Below, in pieces: positions 13,262-26,247 of a stretch of DNA of 64,000 bases (the stretch's first letter is position 1; the number at the start of each line of letters is the position of its first letter). The DNA is from the human T2T-CHM13v2.0 reference genome, Homo sapiens. The notes beneath the pieces are model-generated. The model searched no databases. It was not told the origin of the DNA and saw only the letters and a list, made by a program, of their open reading frames with translations. The DNA lies in the NCBI RefSeq assembly GCF_009914755.1, contig NC_060942.1, one strand, 5' to 3'. A program made the translations under genes and the position numbers.

Positions 13262-15286
13262 CTATTTCCTAATCATAAAAAAATGAAATTTTGATGCTTT
13301 TCTGTGATAATTATTTATATACTTTTCATTTACCATCTTATATGTTAAATCCATGAATTATGAAAATGATATTCTCTGAAAATCAAACATCTAATATTCA
13401 GCAGCTTGTACATGTCCTGTGCTGCCTAAAATTTTTAAACATCATTCTTTACCAAATTCAAAAGTATTATCTTTAGAAAAATTATTGGAGATTTCTATGA
13501 CACATTATTGATGTATTTTTAAGGATAATTGCAGAAGTGGGGGAAAGGCAGTAAACATCAGTGAAACTTCAGGTACTCGGGGTAATAGAATATTAAGCAT
13601 AGAAAAATTAAACGCTCTGTGCAGATGTCAATTAGTTCCTTCTGCGAATCTGATACCCATCAACAAATGGAGTACTTAGTAACTTACCCTAGCTCAACCA
13701 AGTTTACTGTGACTGGCTTTGGTTAAGTTGGACAATAGCCAAAGGAATCTAAAATGCTACAGCAAAATTGTGGTCATTAAAGTAAATTTTGTCTGAATTT
13801 TATCTTTTTTTCCCTTAAATTTCTGGATTTGATTCACTTTGACACTCTTCTGATTCTGTTCTATTTCTGCATGCTATTAAACAATTTGAAACTGTATATG
13901 ACAACAGAAATCTCTTTCAAAAGTCAAAGAATTGACAGGGTTTCCTGAAAATTTCAACCAAAGTTTTTATAACTTCACAGATGATTCATACACAATGTAA
14001 AATGCTAAGTGTAGCTGAGTTCCTTTTGAACTTATTTTTGCAGAAGTGATTTTTGGGAAACTGTGAGCTTTCATAAATGCCACATTAACTCTTCTTACAG
14101 AAGCAAAACAAAACCTCACACTCAACTCTTGACTTTGGCATCCAGTCTTCAGACGACCTCTGATGTATATGGGTGGGATTTGTGCACCATACAGCTTTGC
14201 GAAATGTGAAATTGCCCTATGGATGAACTGCAATCTGTTCTTTTGTGTATTTTACTAAAGAATGTCAGCTGAACTCGTGGGGAAGGGGAAGTGCTGATAT
14301 GTCCTCCCTTGTCTTCAAGACACAGATGGCCCAGATATGTTTGTGGCTGAGTGTAGGTGAAGGGGGTGCTGAGCTGCCATTCAACAAAGATGGATGAAAT
14401 CGGAGAAGTTCAGAGGAAAAAACTGGCATACACCCAGGGGCATTAGCATATGAAACCATTGTCTGATGTGCTAGTTCAGCTTACTTGCACATTGAATTTT
14501 CAGTTAGGTTTTTTTCTAGTTTATTTAATTACCTGCTTATAACAATTCAAGCAAGTCATGAGAAAGTTATAACTTATGAAACTAAAAAGCTGATAGCACG
14601 CAGATAAAACCTGGAAACCAAAATCTGAGGGTAGTAGAAGGGACTCCTGTAGAAGCTTCACATAGCTGTTTGTGTGCACACACTTCGATTTGGGTTATGT
14701 TTAACAGCAGTGCCTTGCAAGATGAAACTGCTGTGGTTTTCAGTAGCTTTTACCTTCTGTATATCTTTGATTTCTAGAACTATATATTTTAAATGTTGTG
14801 GCACCAATAAAATTTTGAGAATTGTAAATCTAATAGCAATTAGGCCATTTTCTTTCTAAGATGAGTCATCTCTTTTACAATGAAGAGAAGGCAAGTCTTG
14901 TGTGGCAATTTTTCTATTTAAAATGGGCTGCTAGCATTATAGCATATACATATATATTCTTCTTTAAAATCAATACCTATTCGGTATTGGTCACTAAATT
15001 TAAACATGGTTATTCTTAACATTTCCTAAAATTTATTCTTACCTTAATGGGCTTTCCATATATATTATGAAATAGGTTGAGTTCTATGTTCAGATTTCTC
15101 TAACATTTCTGAGCCCACTGATTCTTCACTTGTGGCCATCACTACATCACTTAATCTAGTTCACCCACTTAAACTCTCAGATGTATCCCAGACTCAGCAT
15201 TTGAAAACTAATGTTCAGCCAAGTCCCTTCAGGAGTATTCCTTGCTTCTAGTTAGCCTTCTCAAACAGTTTTGAGAGAAAATAATA

Positions 15287-15354
15287 GGTCCAAAACTTAC
15301 TTTTCTACATGAACCTTGTAGGTCCAAAGCTTACTTTTTAGCATGAACCTTGTA
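15287..15354. repeat. 34-bp tandem duplication (2 copies)
   Basis: ggtccaaaacttacttttctacatgaaccttgta followed by ggtccaaagcttactttttagcatgaaccttgta. Confidence 0.92.
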
Positions 15355-15539
15355 TAAATTTGAACTCTCCAGCTTCGCATGGCACCAGGAAAGCTGAAAG
15401 GATATCAGGGTTTTAGGACTTCCCCACTCCTCACAATGGAACTGCCACAGCCAGTGAGAACTGAGGTCATGCATCTTAGAGCAGTAGCATAGGGGAGGGA
15501 TGAAGATGTATCCAGGCTGAAGCCAGCTGCTGTTCTGAG

Positions 15540-16025
15540 TGCCCACGATACATTCATGAGCAAAACGAGGAGTCTTGGCCTTCTGGAGTATTTATTCTAG
15601 CAGAAAGAGACAGACACTGAACAAAAGGCATAGTAAATAATTACATTCCTTTTTAAAAGATAAAGTACTATAAAGAAAAGACAGTGGAGAAAAATAGTGG
15701 GGGTTGGGAGTTCTGGAGATGGCCCTGGGTGGGGAGGAGACAGGCAGTTACCATAGTCGATTGGAAGGTCTGGGTAGGCCTTGTTGGGATGGAGACATAG
15801 GAGCAAGGAGTTGAAGGTAATTAGAGAACTCGTTGTGGGTCCGCCTGGCACAAGAGTGTTCTGGGTGGAAAGAAGAACCAGTGCAAAGTGAACTGAAACA
15901 TCACTGGTGTGATGGGGCAGATTGAAGGTGGGGAAATCCGCATTTCCATGGTGAGCTGAGGATTCGTGGATAAGAGCTGGATGACATCAAGAAGGGCTGT
16001 GAGCGTCACGGAAGGTGGACCTTCA
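15540..16025 (-). mobile_element. L2 fragment
   Basis: ttattctagcagaaagagacagacactgaacaaa...aagtactataaagaaaagacagtgg...ggaaggtctgggtaggcct matches the antisense L2 3' region. Confidence 0.6.
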
Positions 16026-16204
16026 GACTTCTGTCGAAGAGAAAACTACAGTGAGGGGTCTCCCCTGGGACAGTTGGAGTTTGTTTATTTGCAATAAGGC
16101 AAGTGTTGTTGTTTGCAGAAAACTGTGACAAGGCCCTTTGCATAGAAGTCTCACAGTGATTTTTGGGATGGGCACAAAAGAGTGAACATTCTCACTTCAA
16201 TTTT

Positions 16205-17056
16205 AAGAAGACAAAGATTCAAACAAAAAATAAGCAAAAGAAGATATTTAAGCAGCCAAAAAGCACATGAAATGATGCTAATCATCGCCAGTTTTTAGGA
16301 ACGTGAAAATTAAAACTATAATAACATGCCACTGCACACCCACTAAGATGACTGAAATTAAAAAGACTTAAGAATGCCAAACATTAGTGAGGACATGGAG
16401 GAGCATCTGGAATTGTTGGGCATTGCTGGTAGTACTGTAAAAATGGTACAGCCAATTTGGAAAACAGTTTAGCCATTTCCTGTAAAACTAAACATATACT
16501 TACTTACCATATGACCCAACGATTCCACTCCTAGGAATTTACCCAAAAGGGATAAAAGCAAAAAGCATATATTCATGCAAAGATTTATATATGAATATTT
16601 ATGATAGTTCTATATGTTTATAATAGCTATTTATAGTCAAAAGCTAAAAATAACTCTAGTGCCCATCAACAGCAGATGAATGGACAATTCATCCGTAACA
16701 TGGAGTATTAGCAATAAAAATGAAGGCACTATGGATGCACTACATTATGGATGAGTCTCAAAAGTGTGCTAAGCAAAAGCGCAGACACAGAAGAGTGCAC
16801 TCTGCAGTTCCACTCATTTCCCGAGCCGCAACAGGCAGTTCTCATCCATAGGGTTGTAAGCCAGAGCTGTGTTTTCCTGGGGCTGGGACAGGGGACCTCA
16901 GGAAAATTCTGAGGGTAATGAAATTATTCTATATCTTATTTGTGGTGGTGGTTACAAGGGTGAGTAGATGTGTCAAAACTCATTGAGCTATACACTTAGA
17001 AGTGTATCCAATTAACTGACTATAAATTACACTTCAGTAAGGTTGGTTTTAAAAAA
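16205..17056 (+). mobile_element. Old L1M 3' end (ORF2 C-terminus plus 3' UTR)
   Basis: aagaagatatttaagcagccaaaaagcacatgaaatgatgc; aaatggtacagccaatttggaaaacagttt; ccatatgacccaacgattccactcctagg; tgtcaaaactcattgagctatacactta. Confidence 0.85.
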
Positions 17057-17439
17057 TGTTTGAAGCTAAACTGTTAAGAAACAAAAAAATACGCAGCGAT
17101 TAAGTAATAGTTAACAGTGTTCCCTAATCTAAGGAAAGCTCGTCAGAAAACTGTATTTAGGGCTGGGCTTTAAATGGTTCAAATGGTGAACACTCCTTTG
17201 GGTATAGGATATGGAAAAATACTTTGTAATTTAAGATGCAGAAAAACAATTTGAATCAGGTAAGCTCTCATTTAGGAACATTCTTCTAAATGACTGGCGT
17301 GTATTTTAATAAGTGACTGAAGTGTGAGAGACAAAGACTGGTGCACTATTCCAGAATAAAGGAGATTCACAGACACGCCACATAATGCTGTGGTCCGGTT
17401 TGGACCCTGCGCCAGAATTTCTTCTTCTTTTATCTGTTT

Positions 17440-17789
17440 TGCTATAAACCACATTGTTGGAACATCTAATGAAATTAGAATAAGGTCTGTAGATTGGAGA
17501 ATATTAGTGTATCATTTTTAAATCCCACAGTTTTGTGCATTGTTCTGTGGCTGTGTAAGAGAAGGTCCTTGTTCATAGGAAGCTCACAAGTATTCATGAG
17601 TAAAAGAGCATCAGTTCTTCAGCTTACTCCCAAATGGCTCATAAAAAAAAAATGTGTATATATAGAAAGAGTAGATAAATGCTGTAAAACATTTACAATG
17701 AGATAAAAGTATAAGAGAGTAGTTCTTTGTGCCATCCTTGCAACTTGTAAATTTGACATTATTTCCGCTTAAAAAGTTACAAAAAATAA
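17440..17789 (+). mobile_element. L1MC4/L1MC5/L1ME3-type 3' terminal fragment
   Basis: tgtggctgtgtaagagaaggtccttgttcataggaa...cttactcccaaatggctcataaaaa...gttctttgtgccatccttgcaact...aaaaagttacaaaaaa is typical of these 3' ends. Subfamily uncertain. Confidence 0.7.
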
Positions 17790-18594
17790 GATCAAGATCC
17801 AGGTTGTGTCAAAGGGCTGTTTGCTGAAAAGCATGCAAATTTCCTGTGAGGAAATAACTGGGAAGAGCCACAGAAGTGATGAAAATGAACATTTCCAGAG
17901 AAATTGTGTCTGGAAAGTCTGCATCCTTGTTTAAAGCAAACAGTCAGGAAGGAGGCCAGTGGCAGAAGGGGAGGCAGTTCGACCCTGAATGTGGACTGTC
18001 CCTGCTGGTGTGTGTCCATCTGTGCAGAGAGCAGGGCTCATGTTTAGATTCTCAAACGGTAGGGAGTATTACAGTGCAGTTCACTTTGGACACGTGTCCT
18101 ATGACCAGGAAACCATATGCAAAAGACGGCAGCGGCACTCAGGACCCAGCGACAGGAAGAATAGATGATGGAAAGGGCCGGGGAGGGCACTCGTGGGCAG
18201 TGAGCGGCCACAGCACAGTGTGGACAGAATTCTGGGAGTGACTTTGAAGACAGAGTTGAGATTTTTTTCTACAATTGATGAGGGTGGAAGAAGTTTATTA
18301 TTGATTTATCAACTATCTAGACATAAAAGCAACGAAATTTCAAGGAGACGAAATGGTGTCCAAATGTTAGAGAAGTGACAAGCCGTGGTTCTGCAGCTGT
18401 ATTCATTTTAAGCAGGCTAGAAATCTTTACTCAATGTATGTATTTTCTTTCTCTGACTTCCTGTGTGAAAAAACAGTTTGACACCCTGAAATGACTCACA
18501 TCCTGAATATGTTGCTAATTGAATATTTATCGAAGGCTGACTTATATTTGCAAATTCATGGAATGTAAAGGACAGTGGAGCTAGATCTGCGTGA

Positions 18595-18850
18595 CTGCAG
18601 GGGCAAGTGTGAACGGCAGGGCCTGGCTTGGGCGATTTGAGTGTGCCAGGAGCCGTGGCACCTTAGGGCTAAAGGAGACCACATCCATGGTAAACAGCAT
18701 TCTGGATGCTGTGTGGAGAGTGGCCAGAGGGTCACAAAAGGGGCAGCCAAGAGACAGGTTCAGAGACTACTGCAGTAACCGAGCTGAGGGTGATTCGATC
18801 CTACACTGGGTTGCAGTGTGGGTGGACCAGTTGTGAAGTGGGCAGGTTCT
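18595..18850 (-). mobile_element. L2 fragment
   Basis: cattctggatgctgtgtggagagtgg...gagacaggttcagagactactgcagtaaccgagctgagggtgat matches antisense L2. Confidence 0.45.
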
Positions 18851-19559
18851 AAAAAAAGCATTAGGCTATCAAAGAAACCTTAACACTGATCCTCACAGAA
18901 AATAGTATTTTATTCGCTTCCTAAATTATTTTGCTGACCGTGCTGTTTGTAGCTCTGGGTCAGCTCTGTCTCACTGTGCATTTGTTATATTTCTTTTTTC
19001 TTTCTGTTTTCTAGATTATTATCAATGAAGTCTTAATCTTTTTTAATGAAATCATTTGGAAGAGGCTTTGGTGGGAGAGGCAGAAGGGAGGGTGACAATG
19101 CTGGGCCCTTCCTCTGTCTTTTTCTGGGCAGTTCATTCGGCTGTGCTCTGAGGCTACCATTTCTTGTTTAAGAGATACCGAGGGACTTGTGCTTGGCTCT
19201 GCTTTTTTCCTTAGACAACTTTGTGTTAGATCAGGGAAATCTATATGCATTCAGAGTGAGTGGTTTTGTTATTTTTACTTTGAGAATTTTTAGAATTGTT
19301 AGAAGCTTGGGATTATAAGGCCATGTATTCTTAATATATTAAAATTCAGTTTTAACCACTGTGATGTGAATACATGGTCTTTGGAAGCTTTTAAAGTAAA
19401 TTCTTTCAAAATACATGATAAACTCAGCATTAGGTATCATATCTAGAAAACTACTCAAGTTTGGTTTTAATACTAAACAAATAGTGTTCAGTATTGAAAT
19501 GTTTACAAATTGAATAGTAGGATTTTATGTTAATCAGCCCGCTGAAAACGGAGGCAGGA

Positions 19560-20577
19560 CTTTATGAAACAGAGAAGGCAGCTTCCGTAAGGTAAATCCT
19601 ACTAGATGAGGCAGGCGCCAACAAGCATTTTCTTAGTTTTTCACAGCGGTGGCTTTTGAGGCTGTAAAATGATGACTCTGGCCTCCTGTGTGAATAAGAG
19701 CATTTAAGGTGGACAGTTTGGGGTTTCAGTTAGTCACCTTCCTTGATTTGAGAAACGCTTATCACTTATTATGGCAGTAAAAATGATTGGTTACTTACAG
19801 TCTTAGGACATATTTTAACTGTGTTACTTGGGCATTCTGGATGTGTTTTTATTTTAAAATGTATTTAGAAAAAGGAAATGAAGTCAGGAGGTGAACGGCA
19901 ATAAGTGTTTAATAGTCGCAGATGCACAAAAGGCAGGGCTCTGATTTCGTTATTCAACCTTTGTGCACAGGCAGAGAGCAGCTCAGAAAGTGATTCTTCG
20001 AATATGGGATGTAGAATTAGGTTACAACTTCTGCTGATGAAGAAAATGTGAGGTTCCGAATGGACATTAGACATTTTAGATTAGAAAGAGGAAAGGAAAG
20101 TAATGAGTCCTATTTCTAAATGAATTTAAAAAGCAATCTGATTTTAGTTCTTGCAAGGCAGAGAAAATAAAATAAAAACTATCGTACTTTATTTACTAAC
20201 CAATGAATTGAATTGTCTGCCTTTTATTACAGATGTAAAGTAAAGACTATGAAGAGACAATCATTTTTGTAGCTATCAGACTTTCAGTAACATATCTCTT
20301 GTGGTTTAAATAACAGATAGTTTAAGTGTTTTTCCATTACCTTTGTGTAAATGAAAAATGCATAAAATATTTTAGCAAGGCAAAGTAATCCAAGGAGATT
20401 GTTATTTTGTGTTACAAATTAGGTTATTTCTGTCATAAAATTAAAGAAAAAAATCAACGTTAGGACATTTCAGCTTAATATCATTTACCAGAAGGCATGT
20501 GTAACAGATTTAATGAGCTAGCAGGTCACCTGAATCCAGCTGTTCCCGACCAGCTTTATGAAACAGAGAATGCAGCT
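19560..20577 (+). repeat. Dispersed direct repeat pair, 24 nt with 1 mismatch
   Basis: ctttatgaaacagagaaGgcagct (19560-19583) and ctttatgaaacagagaaTgcagct (20554-20577), in sequence with no recognisable transposon. Confidence 0.9.
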
Positions 20578-21399
20578 AGCAGTGGGAGGTAAGCATTATT
20601 ACAAGCTCTCAAGGAGTTACAAAATCGATTTCTGCTTGAATGAATTAATTTAGATTATCAATTTATAACCAGCTACACGAATCCCATCAACTCAACAGTT
20701 CCGTGAATGATCAGGTTCAGTCCTTGTAAGGGCTTCACAATTAGGGGCCTCTCGCAGCTCTGCAGTTAGCACCTGCCTGATGGCTCTCCTGACAAAGTTA
20801 CTGGGCCCAGCAAAAGGAAAAGGGAACTGCTTGTTCAGGCCCATCGCAGACGTAAAATACAGCCTCTTGAAAAAATAGACATAACAAAAACTTAAGTAAA
20901 AAAAATAAATAAAAAGACTAAATGTGCATGTTTGAGATTTTTGTCCTTGTGCCCTTTTTGTGTCCATGGGCCCATGTGTCCGTGGAGTGGTTCTGACCAT
21001 TCCAGGTGAACTTTAAAATCACCCCTCTGCACTTTGGAATGTTGGGGACAGAGCTGTTTCCTTCAGACTCATTAGAAAATGACCAGCCAACTGTGGCCAT
21101 TTTCTTCTCCTATAAAGGCTGGGGTTCTAAGCATTTGTTTCATGGTGAAAAGTGGATTCAACCTGCTCTTCTTCTTCCTGCGTAGTCACTTTTTTTTACT
21201 TCTACCTCTGCTTACCCAGCTGTCTAAAAACGAAAAATGCTCATTCTGATCCACAATACTAGCCATTTCTTGAAGACATTTTTTCTACTCAATCTTAAAT
21301 TGATCACATGGCTCTGTTGTTCTTCACTTGTTTTCTGCAATCCTGATGCCTTACACTTGTACCCTGTGTGGAGATCACTCTCACAGCCATGATCTTGTG

Positions 21400-21565
21400 C
21401 AGCCTTTGCAGCACCTGCGGAATGTGCAAGTGATGTTCCTCATCTCCAAGATGAGGAGCCTGGTGCCAGCTGCCAGTGGGACCGCTGCACCCACGGGCTC
21501 ACCAGTCATCCAAGGAGGGCTGGGATTTGAACACAGGCCTTCAGCTGCACAGTTAAGAATCCTTT
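21400..21565 (-). mobile_element. MIR fragment
   Basis: tcctcatctccaagatgaggagcctggtg...cccacgggctcaccag...gctgggatttgaacacaggccttc follows antisense MIR. Confidence 0.5.
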
Positions 21566-21933
21566 TTTTCATGGGATGATGTTTCTTGTCAATAAGATTT
21601 AATTCCCTGAGGCAGAGAGAGTTTTAATTCCTTTTTCTTTAGTTTACTCAGCTTAGCTCAGTGAAGGGCAAAGCAAAAACACCAAGAAAAATTACTTTTT
21701 GAATTAAATGAATGTCTTCTTTGCCTAGCCCCATCCTTCCCAGGCTGTCTGTCAGCTCTTGCCTCCTTCAGTGTGGGAAGGTCCCCTGTCCTATCACTAC
21801 AGGCCTTTGATGGGTCAAAATACCTGTCTGTGTTCTCCTCTAATCCACTTTTCCATATAATGCTTTCTTTCTTTCACATAGATCATACTTAGATCATCAC
21901 TTCTATGTTGATGTACATATTTTTTTCAATTAA

Positions 21934-22776
21934 CGAAGGACATGAACAGACACTTCTCAAAAGAAGACATTTATGCAGCCAAAAAACACATGAAGAAATG
22001 CTCATCATCACTGGCCATCAGAGAAATGCAAATCAAAACCACTATGAGATATCATCTCACACCAGTTAGAATGGCAATCATTAAAAAGTCAGGAAACAAC
22101 AGGTGCTGGAGAGGATGCGGAGAAATAGGAACACTTTTACACTGTTGGTGGGACTGTAAACTAGTTCAACCATTGTGGAAGTCAGTGTGGCGATTCCTCA
22201 GGGATCTAGAACTAGAAATACCATTTGACCCAGCCATCCCATTACTGGGTATATACCCAAATGAGTATAAATCATGCTGCTATAAAGACACATGCACACG
22301 TATGTTTATTGCGGCACTATTCACAATAGCAAAGACTTGGAACCAACCCAAATGTCCAACAATGATAGACTGGATTAAGAAAATGTGGCACATATACACC
22401 ATGGAATATTATGCAGCCATAAAAAATGATGAGTTCATATCCTTTGTAGGGACATGGATGAAATTGGAAACCATCATTCTCAGTAAACTATCGCAAGAAC
22501 AAAAAACCAAACACCGCATATTCTCACTCATAGGTGGGAATTGAACAATGAGATCACATGGACACAGGAAGGGGAATATCACACTCTGGGGACTGTGGTG
22601 GGGTCGGGGGAGGGGGGAGGGATAGCATTGGGAGATATACCTAATGCTAGATGACACATTAGTGGGTGCAGCGCACCAGCATGGCACATGTATACATATG
22701 TAACTAACCTGCACAATGTGCACATGTACCCTAAAACTTAGAGTATAATAAAAAAAAAAAAAAAAAAAAAAAAAAA
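21934..22776 (+). mobile_element. 5'-truncated L1HS, Ta-1 subfamily (~840 bp)
   Basis: Near-consensus L1HS 3' end. Ta diagnostics: ACA at 22656-22658 (gatgacACAttagt) and G at 22741 (cttaGagtat). Ta-1 diagnostics: T22262 and G22265 (ccaaaTgaGtat). AATAAA at 22747-22752 and a pure A27 tail (22750-22776). Confidence 0.97.
21942..22544 (+). pseudogene. LINE-1 ORF2p C-terminal remnant (200 aa, includes CCHC motif); no endonuclease or RT domain
   Basis: Translation [20 protein letters not shown]...[18 protein letters not shown]...[13 protein letters not shown] is the L1HS ORF2p C-terminus. Truncated and promoterless. Confidence 0.95.
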
Positions 22777-23419
22777 CAAAGGTAAAACTTAAGTATTTTG
22801 TTTGAAAGTTGTAGGTTTATTTATACAAACTGTGATTCGTGTCTGCTTTCCCCTGGCTTAACCCTTTGGACATCTTTTCATTGCTACCATAGCCACATGG
22901 CAGAACATATTTCTGAGAAAGAAAATAATTTAGAGTCTACTCCAGGAATATAGGAATATTGCTCACGAATGTGCCAGACTTTTAATTTCTTATTTTTGAA
23001 TCATTGTATTGAAGAATAACAGTGAACTCAAATCTCATAAAGATTGCTGATAGTGTAAAAGAGAATGATTCTTATACTTTGATGCCCACAAAAAGAATAA
23101 ATTTATATGAATATGAGTCACTTTAGGAAATACGTCTTGATTATTCTTCCATTATTGAAGAAATTGGCCTGATCAATGTAGCCAAGATGACTGCATTTCA
23201 ACATTGTCACTTTATTTTGCAACTTTAATTTTCAATGATGTTTTGACACAATGTGTTACATGAAAAAAAGTAACCTAGGTCTGAGGGCATGAATCTGAAC
23301 AGCCAGTGGCTAACATGATAGCTTGTGATTTCCCTGAGAGAACATAAATAGAATATCATGTAATCTTAGAAAATCATAAGAAAGTTCTTTATGGATTGAT
23401 ACCTGATATATTTAAATAA

Positions 23420-23695
23420 GCAGAAAAGGCAATGTAAAGAACTCTGGGTGCTGGTGCTGTGGATTTGTATTACAAGGAAAGAGTACGCATAAATGTATCT
23501 GCTCTTATTTCCATAAAATATCTGTGGGCGGGTCCACAGGAAACCGATATGGCAGGTTTGTTCTGGACAGGGAAACCCAGTGTCAGGGGGACGTGAGTTG
23601 GAGAGCGATGTTTTTACTGGATGCTCATTTGTACCTTTTGAGTTTTGAACCAGTTGAATGTATTATCTATTCAAGACAGATTAATTTTTAAATAA
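23420..23695 (+). mobile_element. L1ME4-like 3' terminal fragment
   Basis: cataaaatatctgtgggcgggtccacaggaaac...tttttactggatgctcatttgtaccttttgagttttgaacca...tgaatgtattatctattcaa. Confidence 0.55.
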
Positions 23696-24399
23696 CATGC
23701 TACAGTCCTAGCACAGAGGATTCTTTTGAGACGTAAAACAACGGTTGTGAAAGTGTTTTGTAATTTGTAAATATACTAATATTATAATTGCAAAGAGTTA
23801 ATGTTATTCAGCTGTCACAGTTGATTCTGTTACAAAGGCTGAAATGGTCATATCCGTCAGGGCGTGATCTCTTTTTCTTGGTGCTCCTCAAACATCATCA
23901 GCCTAGTAAAATTTAGACCAGTGTGATCCTCTGAAATAAATCTGTCAAAGTTGACAATAGAAAATGTTTTCCTTGATATGGCATCTCTTCAGATGGCTAA
24001 AGCAATAACTATGCAAAAAAATAGCTATCTGGTTTAAGTTTTAAGATAAAAGATGCATCTATTTTTAATCTTTCATCATTACTCTTTTTTTCTGCATCAT
24101 TTTTATATATTTTATTAATGCAAATTTTATTGTATTCACTATTAAGTTGTAATTAATATTTACCTGCCTATGTGCTCAACCTTATACTAAGAGCATTGTG
24201 GAATATAAACTAGGATGAAGTAATTGTGCTTCACCTGAAAGATCATACATATGTGCATCGAATGCTTGGAGAATGATTATAATAATCAGAATGATGGCAT
24301 CAACGTCACATTAAGGTGCGTAGATAGCCTTTAGTAGGGTGCAGTGAAATATCCTCACAGACCCTGTCTCCCTGCACCCTCCTCCCCATTTGATTTATT

Positions 24400-24570
24400 A
24401 CTCATTTCCAGAATTCTCTTTTTGAGGGCCCCTACCAGAAATTGGTCATTTCTGTTCAGACTCATCAGTGCCTATCACATGATGTCCCACCAGAAGCTGA
24501 GCTTTCAGGGCCGGAGCCCAGCCTCCGCAGTGTTTGTTTCTCCAGGGCCTGGCAGGGTTTCTAGCACAGA
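24400..24570 (+). mobile_element. L2 3' fragment
   Basis: tcccaccagaagctgagctttcagggc...tttctccagggcctggcagggtttctagcacag resembles the L2 3' end. Confidence 0.4.
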
Positions 24571-25212
24571 CTGGGGAAAATGGGTGGGGAAGATAGATAT
24601 CTTTGAAGTGCCGACTGTAACAATAGGAGTTCAACACAGGGAGGGACATCATGGGTTGGAAAAATTAGTAAATGGGACAAATAATATTATAAATAGAATG
24701 ATATCTTTTTATGAAATGTTTCTAATTTGGCATTGGACTGAAAACCTTAAGGTTTTATTTTGAGCCAGAAAGTTATATGATAAACGATATCTATTAGGGG
24801 GAGAAGACCTTTCTCTGTAATTTTTATCATCACAAACCATTATTAGACAACAGTTAACAGTCCTCTCTGGGCAAAGAGCACATTTTTAGGTTAAGTGAAA
24901 ATGAAAAATGCCAGTTGTTAAGGTACTGAAGAGTAGTGAAGTACTATGAGAAATAAACATAGAACCATAGGAATAGAGCAAAAGGAAACAGAATGCGTTC
25001 AACCCAGCACACATGATGGAATCTTTCCTCAAAAGTTGTCTGAAATGCCAAATATCTCCAACCCTGTATTTCTGTCAATTCGCATGTGAAAATCAGGAGA
25101 GACATTAGCAGTAGCAACAGAGAATTCAGAGTTTTGCAAGCATATTTTATAAAGATGGAGTACAGAATAGAAATTGAAATATAGTAGGTTGTATGTGGAA
25201 TCTGTGATTAGA

Positions 25213-25440
25213 CAGGTCGTTCTCACCTGGAGGAGATTCTGTCCCCCGTGAATATTTGGCAATATTTGGAGACATTTTGGGTTGTCCCACCTTGGGCAAG
25301 GGCAGTTTTGGGAGAGGAGGCTACTGGCCTTTAGCGGGTGGAGACCAAGTGCTGCTGAACATTCTGCAATGCACAGGCAGCCCCCATACCAGAGTCACCC
25401 AGTCCAGAATGTCCAGGAGCCAGGGTCCAGAGAGCCCGGT
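25213..25440 (+). mobile_element. MER20 (hAT-Charlie non-autonomous DNA transposon)
   Basis: atttggcaatatttggagacattttgggttgtc...gctactggcctttagcgggtggagacca...gctgctgaacattctgcaatgcacaggcagcccc is colinear with the MER20 consensus. Confidence 0.88.
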
Positions 25441-25921
25441 CTCCACAGGTAAAGAAACAGGAGGAAACCAAGAGAGTGGGCCTATGAGGGCTGGCCAGCC
25501 ATGTGAGCGCAACTGCAGCCTTCAGCCTTCTTCCCATTTTTCTCCTAAAAGGGCTTATGTGTTTTTAAAAAATGGATTTGTTCTTGCTGATATGGGATAT
25601 TTTGTATAGTTTGACTGTTAGAGCTCCTCGTGATTGAATTAATAAATATTCTGACCACAAGTTTCTAAATGCAGGTTTTCTAAGAAGCCACTAGGGTAAT
25701 AGACTTTCCTTTTTCTTTCTTTCCTCTTCCCCTCTCCCTCGCTAGGAGCCCTCTGTAGTCCCTAGGGCAGCTGTAATTGTTGGTAGGAGGAGATGAGAAG
25801 GAAAGAGTAGACTGGAACATTTACGTTCCAGTTCTCATTAAATCACCTAAGAGCAGCAGGACCCGGGATGACTCAGCCAGACTCTAAGCCCCATTTGCTC
25901 CTTTTCTTAGAAAGAGGTCAG

Positions 25922-26247
<326 letters not shown>

